From assembly GCA_964596705.1 (NCBI GenBank), contig CAZQVG010000001.1, forward strand, positions 14,969 to 78,968: a stretch of 64,000 nt of DNA, read 5' to 3'. The translations under genes and the position numbers were made by a program. This document shows, in pieces, positions 1-9,295 of the stretch; the stretch's first letter is position 1, and every line of letters starts with the position of its first letter. The notes under the pieces are model-generated. The model saw only the letters and a program-made list of their open reading frames with translations. It made no database searches and was not told where the DNA came from. This DNA is from Candidatus Woesearchaeota archaeon. Its GTDB lineage: Archaea > Nanobdellota > Nanobdellia > SCGC-AAA011-G17 > PNOQ01.

Positions 1-364
1 TATTTACTTCTTTTACATGTGTGCCAGATTTCACTTCAACAATATCAAAACCTTCCGAATTTGGAACTAAGATGTCTACCCTTGAATAAAGATCATTAAC
101 TAAAAAACCTGCTTCAAATAATGGTTTTTCTTCATTTAATAGAGATTGGGTTTCTTGTATATTGCCATGAAAGTCTTGAGTTGGAATGTCAATTCCCCCT
201 AAAAATAATTTTTTTGCATATTCTCCAATCTCTTGTCCGGTTGCAAATCTTTGTTTTGTAGATTCATCAGGTTCTGGAATTTTTTCTGGTTCATGAAATT
301 CTGTCCACACTAATCTTAGACATTGTAAGCCCTCAAGATATTTTGATTTTGTTAAAATTGCCAT
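1..364 (-). CDS. DUF2779-family / Cas4-like PD-(D/E)xK nuclease domain protein, N-terminal part (runs off window)
   Basis: Hand translation from ATG at 364: MAILTKSKYLEGLQCLRLVW...FEAGF...RVDILV...DIVEVKSGT; matches the SKY..G.QC start and D..EVK nuclease motif of this family; not in ORF track. Confidence 0.7.
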   Translation of the reverse strand, partial: MAILTKSKYLEGLQCLRLVWTEFHEPEKIPEPDESTKQRFATGQEIGEYAKKLFLGGIDIPTQDFHGNIQETQSLLNEEKPLFEAGFLVNDLYSRVDILVPNSEGFDIVEVKSGTHVKEVN

Positions 365-454
365 CAATGTGTTAAACTAATTAATTATTTATAAATCCTT
401 TCTTAGTATTTGGCAAACAAAAATAATATAAAAGATCCTATTATTTTTAGAAAA

Positions 455-949
455 ATGAAAAAACGATTAATAGTAATTTTAGTAGTAATTTTGGTGGGGT
501 TGGCATTAGTTTTATTGCCGAAAAACTCATCTCAAGATATTAGTGTGGGGAAACCAATAACAGGTAAGGCGTATCATTATACAAAACCTGTGCAGATAAC
601 TTATGAAAATCTTCCAGCATTTCTTTCAAAAAACAATATAATAAATGATTTGCCCGAGGATGTAACAATTTTATTGAGATTCTATAATTTTAATAGTGGA
701 GAAAGAGAATATGAGAGAACTTTTATTATCACAAGAGGAAATGTTAAAGAAGGGAATTTAGATGATCCTGATTTGTATTTAGACATACATTCAAAATACC
801 TAAATGAATGGAATTCTGCAAATTTTTGTAATATAATGACCAAAGCAAATAACAATGGAGACCTTGGATTTACCAGTAAATTATCCACTACAAAGCTCCT
901 TTGGAAATTTAAATCCTTAACAAAGTATAAATCTTGTTTTGGGCTATAA
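455..949 (+). CDS. Membrane-anchored hypothetical protein, possible SCP2-like fold
   Basis: Probable start MKKRLIVILV (N-terminal TM/signal); C-terminal VKEGNLDDPDLYL segment resembles SCP2-like domains. Confidence 0.55.
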   Translation: MKKRLIVILVVILVGLALVLLPKNSSQDISVGKPITGKAYHYTKPVQITYENLPAFLSKNNIINDLPEDVTILLRFYNFNSGEREYERTFIITRGNVKEGNLDDPDLYLDIHSKYLNEWNSANFCNIMTKANNNGDLGFTSKLSTTKLLWKFKSLTKYKSCFGL

Positions 950-987
950 TACAAAACATTTATTAAGTTTAGAAACAAAGTTTTATT

Positions 988-1200
988 ATGGTTTTTTTAG
1001 ATATAGCGTCTCAACTTGGAATAAGTCCTGCATTATTTGCTGTAGTTATGGTGTGGTCCACAGTTTGGAAATTAATTGCTTTTTGGAAATCTGCAAGAAA
1101 TAACCAATTAGTTTGGTTTATATTGTTTGGGATTGTAAATACATTAGGAATTTTAGAGATAATATATATTACATTATTCCAGAAAAAAAGAAAGAGATAA
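988..1200 (+). CDS. DUF5652-family small membrane protein
   Basis: WK..A.WKSARN.Q..WF....VNT.GILEIIY motif; BRE/TATA at 952-966. Confidence 0.75.
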   Translation: MVFLDIASQLGISPALFAVVMVWSTVWKLIAFWKSARNNQLVWFILFGIVNTLGILEIIYITLFQKKRKR

Positions 1201-1201
1201 A

Positions 1202-1732
1202 ATGGACCCGAAAAAACTGGCAATGATTATTGGGATTGCAATATTGCTTCCTTTATTTGTTGGACTGTTTATTGATGCAATTTATTCTGCACCAGAGTAT
1301 AGAGATTTTTGTAATAAATCAGAGTATGTGCCTCCTGTTAGGCCAGGAGAATACGATTGTAATGTAGAGTTCAGTACAGAATATCAAGAGTGTTTGGAGC
1401 AAGGGGGAATTCCGAGATTGGAATATACAGATAGTTGTCCCTCTTTTAAAGAATGTGATTTTTGCAATAAAGAATATAGGCAAGCTTTAGAAAATTACAA
1501 TAAAAATTTATTTTTCATTATAGCCCCCATTGGTTTGATCATAGTTGTTTTGGGATTATATTTGGCAATAGATTATCTAGGTGCAGGATTGATGTTTGCG
1601 GGATTAATAACTTTGTTTTATGCCACCCTTAGAGCTTTCCCTGATCTAGGAAAATTAACAAAATCCTTAGTTATTTTAATTGAATTATTAATAATAATGT
1701 GGATAGGATATAAAAAAATAGATAAAAAATGA
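1202..1732 (+). CDS. Hypothetical multi-pass membrane protein with Cys-containing loop
   Basis: One N-terminal and three C-terminal hydrophobic segments; Cys-rich loop between them. Confidence 0.7.
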   Translation: MDPKKLAMIIGIAILLPLFVGLFIDAIYSAPEYRDFCNKSEYVPPVRPGEYDCNVEFSTEYQECLEQGGIPRLEYTDSCPSFKECDFCNKEYRQALENYNKNLFFIIAPIGLIIVVLGLYLAIDYLGAGLMFAGLITLFYATLRAFPDLGKLTKSLVILIELLIIMWIGYKKIDKK

Positions 1733-2052
1733 AAAAGATATCAATTTTGATTTTATTTCTAATTTTGTTAGCCTCTTCATGTACAAATAATTCAACTTTC
1801 TGTGCTCAAGATGTAAAGTTGTGTGAAGATGGAACTTATGTCTCTAGAGACCCAACCAATAATTGTGAGTTTAAATCTTGCCCCGAGACCATAAATTGTG
1901 ATTATAAGAATCAATGTCCGGAGGGTTATAATTGCTATTCTTTTCCAGAAGATGAAGATCCAATTTGTTACATAGGAGATCCTTGTGAAAGGTGTGCATC
2001 GAAGAATTGTGATATAACTGAATCTTTCCCTATGCAAGTTTTTTGTAAATAA
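1729..2052 (+). CDS. Cys-rich secreted protein / lipoprotein
   Basis: Signal peptide ending LASSC; CAQDVKLCEDGTYVSRDP..CEF..CP motif of the type common in CPR/DPANN surface proteins; ATGA overlap with upstream gene. Confidence 0.7.
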   Translation: MKKISILILFLILLASSCTNNSTFCAQDVKLCEDGTYVSRDPTNNCEFKSCPETINCDYKNQCPEGYNCYSFPEDEDPICYIGDPCERCASKNCDITESFPMQVFCK

Positions 2053-2054
2053 AA

Positions 2055-2133
2055 TGAGAGAAGACCTAGTGCCTTTTCTTCATTCCTAGGCTAACCAGCC
2101 AGTAGGTCGAAAAGGGTGGTCGGGCCTTCGGTT
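2055..2133 (-). ncRNA. Putative structured non-coding RNA of unknown family
   Basis: About 54% GC island between convergent genes; nested complementary segments; TATA-like TTTTTAAG at 2151-2158 upstream and T-tract downstream on the minus strand. Confidence 0.4.
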
Positions 2134-2163
2134 ATAGATGTAGTTTAAAACTTAAAAACATTT

Positions 2164-2463
2164 CTATATGGAGTCTAATGCTTCTTTTACTGTGCCAGAG
2201 GATTCTTTGAACTTTATTGACTTTTCATTTAATGCAGATTCCATATTTGGTCCAAATTTTCCAGCAATAACTAATTCAACACCTTTCTCTGCCAACATGT
2301 AAGCAACTGACCACCCTGCTCCTCCGCCTCCGACAGCAAAGGGGTTTTTTATTTTTTCTATCAGTTCTTTGTTATCAAAAATCAGATAATATGGTGCTCT
2401 GCCGCCCATATCACTAATGTTTGAATTTATGTCTTCTCCCTCAGATGCAATTGCGACTTTCAT
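2164..2463 (-). CDS. NifB/NifX-family (dinitrogenase Fe-Mo cofactor biosynthesis-like) protein
   Basis: MKVAIAS...GRAPYYLIFD...NP...GGG.G...VIAGKFGP motifs. Confidence 0.85.
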   Translation of the reverse strand: MKVAIASEGEDINSNISDMGGRAPYYLIFDNKELIEKIKNPFAVGGGGAGWSVAYMLAEKGVELVIAGKFGPNMESALNEKSIKFKESSGTVKEALDSI

Positions 2464-2963
2464 TTTTTACCTCCCATTAATTTATTTATTATTATCCCTT
2501 GCAAAATAGAAGCAAGAATCATAACCATACTCAAAACAATTATATATTTCCACCCAAAATAAATTAGCATAATTGGAATAAGAGGTATCTTTATTGCTCT
2601 ATTATATAAGAAACATGCGATTAGCCCATAATTTACTCCTTTTTTATTTAGATCTGCCAATAATGGATACCACATGTAGATTGGACCAGAAGAAAGAATA
2701 CCTCCAACTACTGCAAAGATCCATTTTCTTATCTTTTTTCCTTCTATGTGGGTTATTATGAATTTTGGGGTAATGAAATAATTGGCTATTGCCATCAAAA
2801 TAAAAATCAAAATAAAAACTGGAAGTACTTTAAGAAATATGCCAAAAGATGATTCAATGCTTTTTTTAAACAAAGCATTATTGAGAAAATAAATCACCAC
2901 ATATCCAAAAATAATTGAGATTAAAAAGTACCCTGCCCCAGATATTTTGTTTTTTAAGCCCAT
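2460..2963 (-). CDS. Permease, DUF318/ArsP-like half
   Basis: Hydrophobic; GGILSSGPIYMWYPLL motif. Confidence 0.75.
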   Translation of the reverse strand: MGLKNKISGAGYFLISIIFGYVVIYFLNNALFKKSIESSFGIFLKVLPVFILIFILMAIANYFITPKFIITHIEGKKIRKWIFAVVGGILSSGPIYMWYPLLADLNKKGVNYGLIACFLYNRAIKIPLIPIMLIYFGWKYIIVLSMVMILASILQGIIINKLMGGKK

Positions 2964-3373
2964 TTTATCAGTATTAGATTTACAACTAGTGCTACTAAAA
3001 TAGCTAAAACGAATGCCGAGATATTTCTAATTATGGCAAACTTTTTTCCAAGTATTGCAGACTCTGCAGGTAATTGAATTAATCCAACTGTAACCCATGC
3101 AACAATAAATGAGGTAACCGGTATCAAACTTATCCCGGCAGACATCATTTCTCCAGCCAAGATATAACTAGTTATTGGATTGCCTGCAGATATACTTCCA
3201 ACTATTGTTGCTAGAAATGTATCTAAAATGCCTCCCTTAAATATAGTTAAATAAAAAGATTTGGGGATTGAAGCTGTCAAAAACCCCACAAGCAGGATAA
3301 CAGAAAATATCATAGGTAATGAGTTAATTAATGATTTTCCCGATTTTATGATTGCTTGTTTTGCTCGTTTCAT
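2954..3373 (-). CDS. Permease, DUF318/ArsP-like half
   Basis: GSISAGNPITSY and AWVTVG..QLPAE motifs. Confidence 0.75.
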   Translation of the reverse strand: MKRAKQAIIKSGKSLINSLPMIFSVILLVGFLTASIPKSFYLTIFKGGILDTFLATIVGSISAGNPITSYILAGEMMSAGISLIPVTSFIVAWVTVGLIQLPAESAILGKKFAIIRNISAFVLAILVALVVNLILIKWA

Positions 3374-3462
3374 GTTTTGAATATATATTCATAATAATAT
3401 ATAAAGCTTTCGATAACCAATAGTTTTTTAAACAAACTATCCTCTCAAAGGCGGTTTGTAAA

Positions 3463-4329
3463 ATGGATTTTATAAGAGAAGTTAGAAAAGTAATTCCTGA
3501 CTTAGGAATGTTGCCAAAGGTAGAGGGAATTGAAATATATGGTGCAAAGATTCCCTTACAAAACGAAGGAGGAGATCATATTACTTGGGTAGATTTCAAG
3601 AGCAGATATAATATGTCTGCAATGATAGAAGAAGCTTTGGGGAGAGGTAGAAGAGATATTGCAAGAAAGTTAGAGGAAAACCAACACAAAGCAGGAATGT
3701 TATTATCAGATGTGGCAGGACATGAAGACCATAATTCTATCTTAACGGCTGCTTTTCATCATGCTTTTTTGTTGGGGGTTTTAGATCATCTTTATTATAC
3801 AGGGGAAGTTCCAGTAAGGTTGTTTGAACATCTAAACACTAGATTTTACAATGCTAGAGATTTTACACAAAACATTTCAATGATTTATGGAGAAATTTCT
3901 GAGCAAGGGAAGTTTAGATATATATCTGCAGGAAGTCCACCCCCAGTAATATATTCAAATCTCTATGATAGGATATTTCACCTAGAGAAAGATCAACATT
4001 CCACTACATTTCCAATTGGATTAGCCCCATCTGGTGTGCCTGGAACAAATGAAACATTAGATGATCAACCAATTGCAGTAAAACCCCCTTATGAAGTAAA
4101 CGAAATTAGTTTAATGGGGAAGGGAGATATATTGATTTTATATACAGATGGGTTATCTGACCATGAGAATGAAGACAATGAAAATTATTTTCCAGATAGA
4201 TTAGAGAGTATAATAAGAAAAACGAAAAATCTTACGTTAGAAAAGATGTTTGATGCGATAAGAGAGGATATACTTAGTTTTGCTGCACCTAAAGATGACA
4301 TAAGCTATATTTTAATAAGAAATAACTAA
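3463..4329 (+). CDS. Stand-alone PP2C/SpoIIE (RsbU-like) serine phosphatase
   Basis: Metal-binding motifs GGDH, SDVAGH, LYTDGL and DDIS are intact. Confidence 0.85.
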   Translation: MDFIREVRKVIPDLGMLPKVEGIEIYGAKIPLQNEGGDHITWVDFKSRYNMSAMIEEALGRGRRDIARKLEENQHKAGMLLSDVAGHEDHNSILTAAFHHAFLLGVLDHLYYTGEVPVRLFEHLNTRFYNARDFTQNISMIYGEISEQGKFRYISAGSPPPVIYSNLYDRIFHLEKDQHSTTFPIGLAPSGVPGTNETLDDQPIAVKPPYEVNEISLMGKGDILILYTDGLSDHENEDNENYFPDRLESIIRKTKNLTLEKMFDAIREDILSFAAPKDDISYILIRNN

Positions 4330-5411
4330 TATCTTCCTTTTATTTTTTGTTTGGGGATTTCTCTTTTATTTAATCCAGATTCATATTGTTTTGGAGAGAT
4401 AACTTTGTAACGTTTTTTATTCTGGTCTTCTTTTCTTTTTAATTTTAATTTATATTCTCTTGTAGGTGTCCTATGTTCCACCCATTCTTTTGGAGGGACA
4501 TGAAATCTCTGTCTAGTTTCATGTTTATACTTTACCCTATAGTGATTTTGATTCATATGCCACCATATGCTCCATGAAGAATAACCCAAGTTTCTATGAA
4601 ATCTTGCTGGCCATAAGGGAAAAGGATCATATCCATCATAATATCCGTCATAGTCGGTATCTGGATTTCTTGGATTTGTGCCCAACCATATCTCAACTAA
4701 GTCATCTAAACCGTCATAATCTGTATCTGGATTATAAATATTTGTTCCTATCATGGATTCATTCCAATTACTTATGCCGTCTCTATCCCAATCAATAGGA
4801 GAGTAATAATCTAAGAATATGCCGTCTCGGTTAATATCCCACCAAGGTGTAAAATTTGTTGGGTAGTGTGCATGAATGTGCCATCTCCACCAATCATAAT
4901 TCCAAAATTCAAACCCCACATTAAAATATAATCTTGAATCATCTATTGGATCAGTGAAATATAATTCTCCATTAATATTAATTGTTTCCATATCTAAAAT
5001 TGGTCCAGTTTCTTTGTTTTGATAATAGCCTGAAACATAAACCGTTTTTTCGGGATGCCCTGCAGGAAGTTCGTTATTTATTCTAATTACATAAGATAGG
5101 TCTTGTTTAACTTCGTTCAGTATTTCATGATTTGTTCTGTCAACTGACTCATAAACAATAACTTCCCGGCCTATAGTAGGAGAATAGCCCTCAATCTGGA
5201 ATAGATCTTTGTAAAATCTTGCGCTGTAGGGCATTATATCAATGCCAACCCTAGAATTGTTCCTTGGAATGGGAGATCTATAGTTTATTCTTGCAGAAAT
5301 ATTTGGAGCACATGCAATATTTGTTAATAATGTTGCAGCAAATAGGGTAGATAGACCGAATTTTCTTAATCTTTTTTTTATTTTAGAGTATAACGGATTA
5401 TCTTTATCCAT
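4326..5411 (-). CDS. Putative lipoprotein with thrombospondin type 3-like Ca-binding DxDxDG repeats
   Basis: Signal ending TNIAC; repeats DWDRDG, NPDTDYDGLDD..E...GTNP, NPDTDYDGYYD. Confidence 0.65.
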   Translation of the reverse strand: MDKDNPLYSKIKKRLRKFGLSTLFAATLLTNIACAPNISARINYRSPIPRNNSRVGIDIMPYSARFYKDLFQIEGYSPTIGREVIVYESVDRTNHEILNEVKQDLSYVIRINNELPAGHPEKTVYVSGYYQNKETGPILDMETININGELYFTDPIDDSRLYFNVGFEFWNYDWWRWHIHAHYPTNFTPWWDINRDGIFLDYYSPIDWDRDGISNWNESMIGTNIYNPDTDYDGLDDLVEIWLGTNPRNPDTDYDGYYDGYDPFPLWPARFHRNLGYSSWSIWWHMNQNHYRVKYKHETRQRFHVPPKEWVEHRTPTREYKLKLKRKEDQNKKRYKVISPKQYESGLNKREIPKQKIKGRY

Positions 5412-5559
5412 TAGTTATTATCATTGATTTTATTATTTATAAGTGTTTTCAATAAGCTTAAATATTAAAATTTATATGTAAATAGTATGAAAGAAGATTA
5501 TTTATCAAAAGATCCAATTTTGCATAGAAAAGAGGAATTTGAGGAAGAAGAAGACTAAT

Positions 5560-5574
5560 CAAAACATTTATAAA
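5560..5574 (+). promoter_or_regulatory. BRE/TATA promoter upstream of the ribosomal superoperon
   Basis: CAAAACATTTATAAA; identical sequence at 21782-21796 and near-identical at 952-966. Confidence 0.6.
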
Positions 5575-5670
5575 GATAAAATGAACTTATTAAAATCCCC
5601 TACTGTACGTTAAAATCAGACCGCTGATTCTTAGAAAGATTTATAAATGATATAACTTGCCAAAAAGAAC

Positions 5671-6615
5671 ATGCCAAAAACACATAAACCAAGATCAGGA
5701 AGTTTGCAGTTTTGGCCTAGAGTTAGAGCCAAACGTATTTACTCGTCTATTAAGAGTTGGTTTAATAGTTCAGAATCTAAACCTTTAGCTTTCGCAGGTT
5801 ATAAAGTTGGCATGACTCATATTCAAACCACAAGACCTGGAAAAAAAGGTACAGAAATTATAACTAATGTGCCTGTAACAATTATTGAGTGTCCGCCATT
5901 AAAACCTCTTTCTTTACGTTTCTATAAAAATACGCCATATGGTTCTCAAGTTATTACTCAAATATTCTCAAAAAACCTTGATAAAGAATTAGCAAGAAAG
6001 ATAACCTTGCCTAAGAAAACAAAAGAAGAAATCCCTGAAAATTATGACTTCTTTAAACTTGTTGTTTATACACAACCAAAACTTACTGGAATAGGAAAGA
6101 AAAAACCAGAAATATTTGAAATCCCTATTGGAGGAGATTTAGAATATGCAAAATCTTTGTTAGAAAAAGAGATAGATGTTGAAGAAGTATTCAAAGCAGG
6201 ACAATTTTTGGATTCTCATGCTATTACAAAAGGTAAAGGATTCCAAGGACCAATAAAGAGATTTGGTATTGGTTTGAAATCCCATAAATCTGAAAAGAAA
6301 AGAAGGTCTGCAGGAAATTTGGGAGCGTTTACTCCAAGAAAAGTTTCATGGAAAGTTCCGCAGCATGGTCAGATGGGATTCTTTAAAAGAACAGAATATA
6401 ATAAATTACTGATGTTAATTGGACAAGATCCTGAAAAGATAAATCAAAAAGGTGGATTTAAACATTATGGATTAATAAAAAATAAGTATATTTTAGTTAA
6501 GGGGTCAATCCAAGGTCCTACAAAAAGATTAGTTATATTAACAGAAGCAATTCGAGGCAAAAAACCAAAACAATTAGAAGAAATCAAATACATAAGTACT
6601 GAATCTAAACAATGA
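5671..6615 (+). CDS. rpl3: 50S ribosomal protein L3
   Basis: PRSGSLQFWPR, GYKVGMTH and TKGKGFQG motifs. Confidence 0.97.
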   Translation: MPKTHKPRSGSLQFWPRVRAKRIYSSIKSWFNSSESKPLAFAGYKVGMTHIQTTRPGKKGTEIITNVPVTIIECPPLKPLSLRFYKNTPYGSQVITQIFSKNLDKELARKITLPKKTKEEIPENYDFFKLVVYTQPKLTGIGKKKPEIFEIPIGGDLEYAKSLLEKEIDVEEVFKAGQFLDSHAITKGKGFQGPIKRFGIGLKSHKSEKKRRSAGNLGAFTPRKVSWKVPQHGQMGFFKRTEYNKLLMLIGQDPEKINQKGGFKHYGLIKNKYILVKGSIQGPTKRLVILTEAIRGKKPKQLEEIKYISTESKQ

Positions 6616-7469
6616 AAGCAATAACCTATACAAAAACTGGAGAAAAAGGAAAAGAAATCGCTTTGCCTAGACAGTTCTCTGAAGAAATCAGGCCGGATTT
6701 AATCAAAAGGGCTGTATTAGTTATTCAATCAAGAGAACGTCAACAATATGGCGCAGATCCTAGAGCAGGTATGGATTTTTCAGCTACTTTATCTAGGAGA
6801 AGAAGAGATTATAGAGGTTCATATGGAAGAGGAATTTCAAGGATTCCAAGAAAAGTTATGATAAGAAGAGGTACTCAGTTTATATATACTGGGGCAGTTG
6901 TTGCAAGTACAGTGGGAGGTAGAAGAGCTCATCCTCCAAAAGCAGAAAAGATATATGAACAAAAAATAAACAAGAAGGAAAAACAAAAAGCAATAAGATC
7001 TGCGATTGCGGCAACATTAGATAAAGAGATATTGAAACAAAAAGGGTTTAGTGCTTTAGATAATGTTCCATTAATAATTGAAAAATTAGAAGAAATTTCA
7101 AAAACAAAAGAGTTCAAAGAATTAATGATTAAGTTAAATTTGAAACCAGAACTTGAGAGGGTTGAAAATAAAAAAATAAGAGCAGGAAAAGGGACTATGA
7201 GAGGAAGAAAATATAGAAGAGTTAAGGGTCCTCTTGTAGTTGTTGCTGACAACAACTCAAATGTGTATAAAGCATGTAGAAATCTTCCTGGATTTGACGT
7301 TGTTGAAGTAAGTTCCTTAAATGCAGAATTACTTGCTCCTGGAGCAGAACCTGGAAGATTGGTTATATGGTCATTAGACGCAATCCAAAGATTGGAAAAA
7401 GAAAATTTATTTTATTCAACAAAGAAAAATGGATCCGTACAAGATAATAAAGTATCCGCTAGCAACTGA
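6612..7469 (+). CDS. rpl4: 50S ribosomal protein L4
   Basis: [28 protein letters not shown] and LLAPGA motifs. Confidence 0.97.
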   Translation: MKAITYTKTGEKGKEIALPRQFSEEIRPDLIKRAVLVIQSRERQQYGADPRAGMDFSATLSRRRRDYRGSYGRGISRIPRKVMIRRGTQFIYTGAVVASTVGGRRAHPPKAEKIYEQKINKKEKQKAIRSAIAATLDKEILKQKGFSALDNVPLIIEKLEEISKTKEFKELMIKLNLKPELERVENKKIRAGKGTMRGRKYRRVKGPLVVVADNNSNVYKACRNLPGFDVVEVSSLNAELLAPGAEPGRLVIWSLDAIQRLEKENLFYSTKKNGSVQDNKVSASN

Positions 7470-7689
7470 AAAGGCGGTAAGGATGATGGAAGCAGAGAAT
7501 AAGCTTACTTTAATCGTAGATAAAAAAGCAAAAAAACAAGAGATTAAAGAAGCTGTTGAAAATTTATTTAATGTGAAAGTATTAAAAATTACAACATTGC
7601 ATACTCCAGATAACAAGAAAAAAGCATACTTACTATTATCACCTGAAACACCAGCAATAGATGTTGCTACTAAACTAGGTTTGATGTAA
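7429..7689 (+). CDS. rpl23: 50S ribosomal protein L23
   Basis: [11 protein letters not shown]...KKAY...A.DVATKLG; operon position. Confidence 0.96.
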   Translation: MDPYKIIKYPLATEKAVRMMEAENKLTLIVDKKAKKQEIKEAVENLFNVKVLKITTLHTPDNKKKAYLLLSPETPAIDVATKLGLM

Positions 7690-7690
7690 A

Positions 7691-8416
7691 ATGGGAAAGA
7701 GATTAATCATACAAAGGCGTGGAAGAGGAACTGCTACATATAGAGCACCAAGTCATAGGTATGTTGGTGCAACATTCCACAGAACCTATGATGAGATAGA
7801 AAAATCTGGATTGATCTCTGGAAAAATTGTAGACATAATTAATTGTCCAGGTCATTCAGCGCCTTTGATGGAAATTGAGTATGAGGGTGGAGAAAGGATA
7901 TTGAGTATTGCACCTTTAGGAATTCATACAAATCAAGTTGTGAGCTCAGGTGCGAAAGCTCCTATAAAAGAAGGAAATACATTACCATTAAAGAGTATTC
8001 CAGTCGGAACATCAGTATATAATATAGAAACTCAAGTGGGAGATGGTGGAAAATTAATGAAAGCTGCTGGAAGTTTTGCAAAAGTTGTTGCAAAATCTGA
8101 TAAAAAAGTCACAATCAAACTTAAATCAAAGAAAACAAAAGTTTTAGATGAGAACTGCAGAGCAACAATTGGAGTAGTTGCTGGCGGAGGTAAAAAAGAA
8201 AAACCTATATTAAAGGCAGGAAAAAAGATGCATATGATGAGGGCAAAGAACAAACTTTACCCAAGAACATCAGGTGTAGCTATGAACGCAGTAGACCATC
8301 CATTTGGATCTGGTAGAGGAAGACACATGGGTAAACCAAGAACAGTTTCAAGAAATGCTCCACCTGGTAGAAAAGTAGGTTCAATCTCATCAAGAAGAAC
8401 AGGTAAGAAGAAGTAA
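7691..8416 (+). CDS. rpl2: 50S ribosomal protein L2
   Basis: GKRLIIQRRGRG and GVAMNAVDHPFG motifs. Confidence 0.97.
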   Translation: MGKRLIIQRRGRGTATYRAPSHRYVGATFHRTYDEIEKSGLISGKIVDIINCPGHSAPLMEIEYEGGERILSIAPLGIHTNQVVSSGAKAPIKEGNTLPLKSIPVGTSVYNIETQVGDGGKLMKAAGSFAKVVAKSDKKVTIKLKSKKTKVLDENCRATIGVVAGGGKKEKPILKAGKKMHMMRAKNKLYPRTSGVAMNAVDHPFGSGRGRHMGKPRTVSRNAPPGRKVGSISSRRTGKKK

Positions 8417-8417
8417 A

Positions 8418-8816
8418 ATGGCAAAAAAAGAATTTACATACAGAGGAAAAACAATTGAAGAACTTAAGGCAATGCCTTTGCAAGAGTTCGTTAAACTAAT
8501 CCCTGCTAGAGAAAGAAGAACTATAGCTAGGGGATTTACTGAAGCCCAGAAGAGGCTATTGAAAAAAATAGATGCAGCTTTGCAAGGGACATATAAAAAA
8601 GCAATAAAGACCCATTGTAGGGACATGATAATCTTGCCAAAGATGGTGGGCTTAAAGATCCATATTCATAACGGAAAAGATTTCGTTGGGATAGATATTC
8701 AAAATGAAATGATTGGTCACAGATTAGGAGAGTTTGCAGAAACAAGAGCAAGATTGAAACATAGTGCTCCAGGTATAGGGGCTACGAAATCATCTGCACA
8801 CCAATCTGTTAAATAA
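8418..8816 (+). CDS. rps19: 30S ribosomal protein S19
   Basis: FTYRGKT, KTHCRDMII and MIGHRLGEF motifs. Confidence 0.97.
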   Translation: MAKKEFTYRGKTIEELKAMPLQEFVKLIPARERRTIARGFTEAQKRLLKKIDAALQGTYKKAIKTHCRDMIILPKMVGLKIHIHNGKDFVGIDIQNEMIGHRLGEFAETRARLKHSAPGIGATKSSAHQSVK

Positions 8817-8818
8817 AA

Positions 8819-9295
8819 ATGACTGAAGAAAAGAAAAAACAGGAAGTTGAAACAAAGAAAAAGGAAGAAGCTCTAAAAGAAAAAGAAGAGCATTTTGCTA
8901 TAGCTAGAGCAGTAAATCTTCCAATTTCAACAAAACATTCAGTAGAAATTGCAAAATTCATAAGAAAGAAAGAGCTTAACAAAGCAAAAATGCTACTCAA
9001 TGAAGTATTGGAACATAAAAAAGCTGTTCCTTTCAAGAGATATAATAGAGATATGGGCCACAAGCCTGGAAAAATTGCAGCTGGAAGGTATCCTGAAAAA
9101 GCAATTAGATATTTTATACGATTGCTTAATGATGCTCAAGCTAATGCTGAAAATAAAGGGTTAGATGCTTCAAATTTGATTATTGCAGAGATAAAGGCTG
9201 ACCGTGGTGCTCAGCAATGGCACTATGGTAGATTAAGAAGAAGAAAAATGAAGAACACCCACTTATTTGTTAAAGTGATGGAGTTGGAAAAATGA
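8819..9295 (+). CDS. rpl22: 50S ribosomal protein L22
   Basis: ISTKHSVEI, AVPFKRYN and GRYPEKA motifs. Confidence 0.96.
   Translation: MTEEKKKQEVETKKKEEALKEKEEHFAIARAVNLPISTKHSVEIAKFIRKKELNKAKMLLNEVLEHKKAVPFKRYNRDMGHKPGKIAAGRYPEKAIRYFIRLLNDAQANAENKGLDASNLIIAEIKADRGAQQWHYGRLRRRKMKNTHLFVKVMELEK

Noticed and set aside
1..364. CRISPR-associated Cas4
   Set aside because: No repeat-spacer array or other cas gene is visible; the N-terminus fits stand-alone DUF2779-type proteins.
2055..2133. SRP RNA, RNase P RNA, 5S rRNA or HDV/hammerhead ribozyme identity for the GC-rich element
   Set aside because: The diagnostic conserved motifs and required lengths were not found by eye; it is kept only as an unknown RNA candidate.
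2164..2463. Nitrogen fixation gene
   Set aside because: The NifB/NifX-like domain is widespread outside diazotrophs, and no nifHDK is present in the window.
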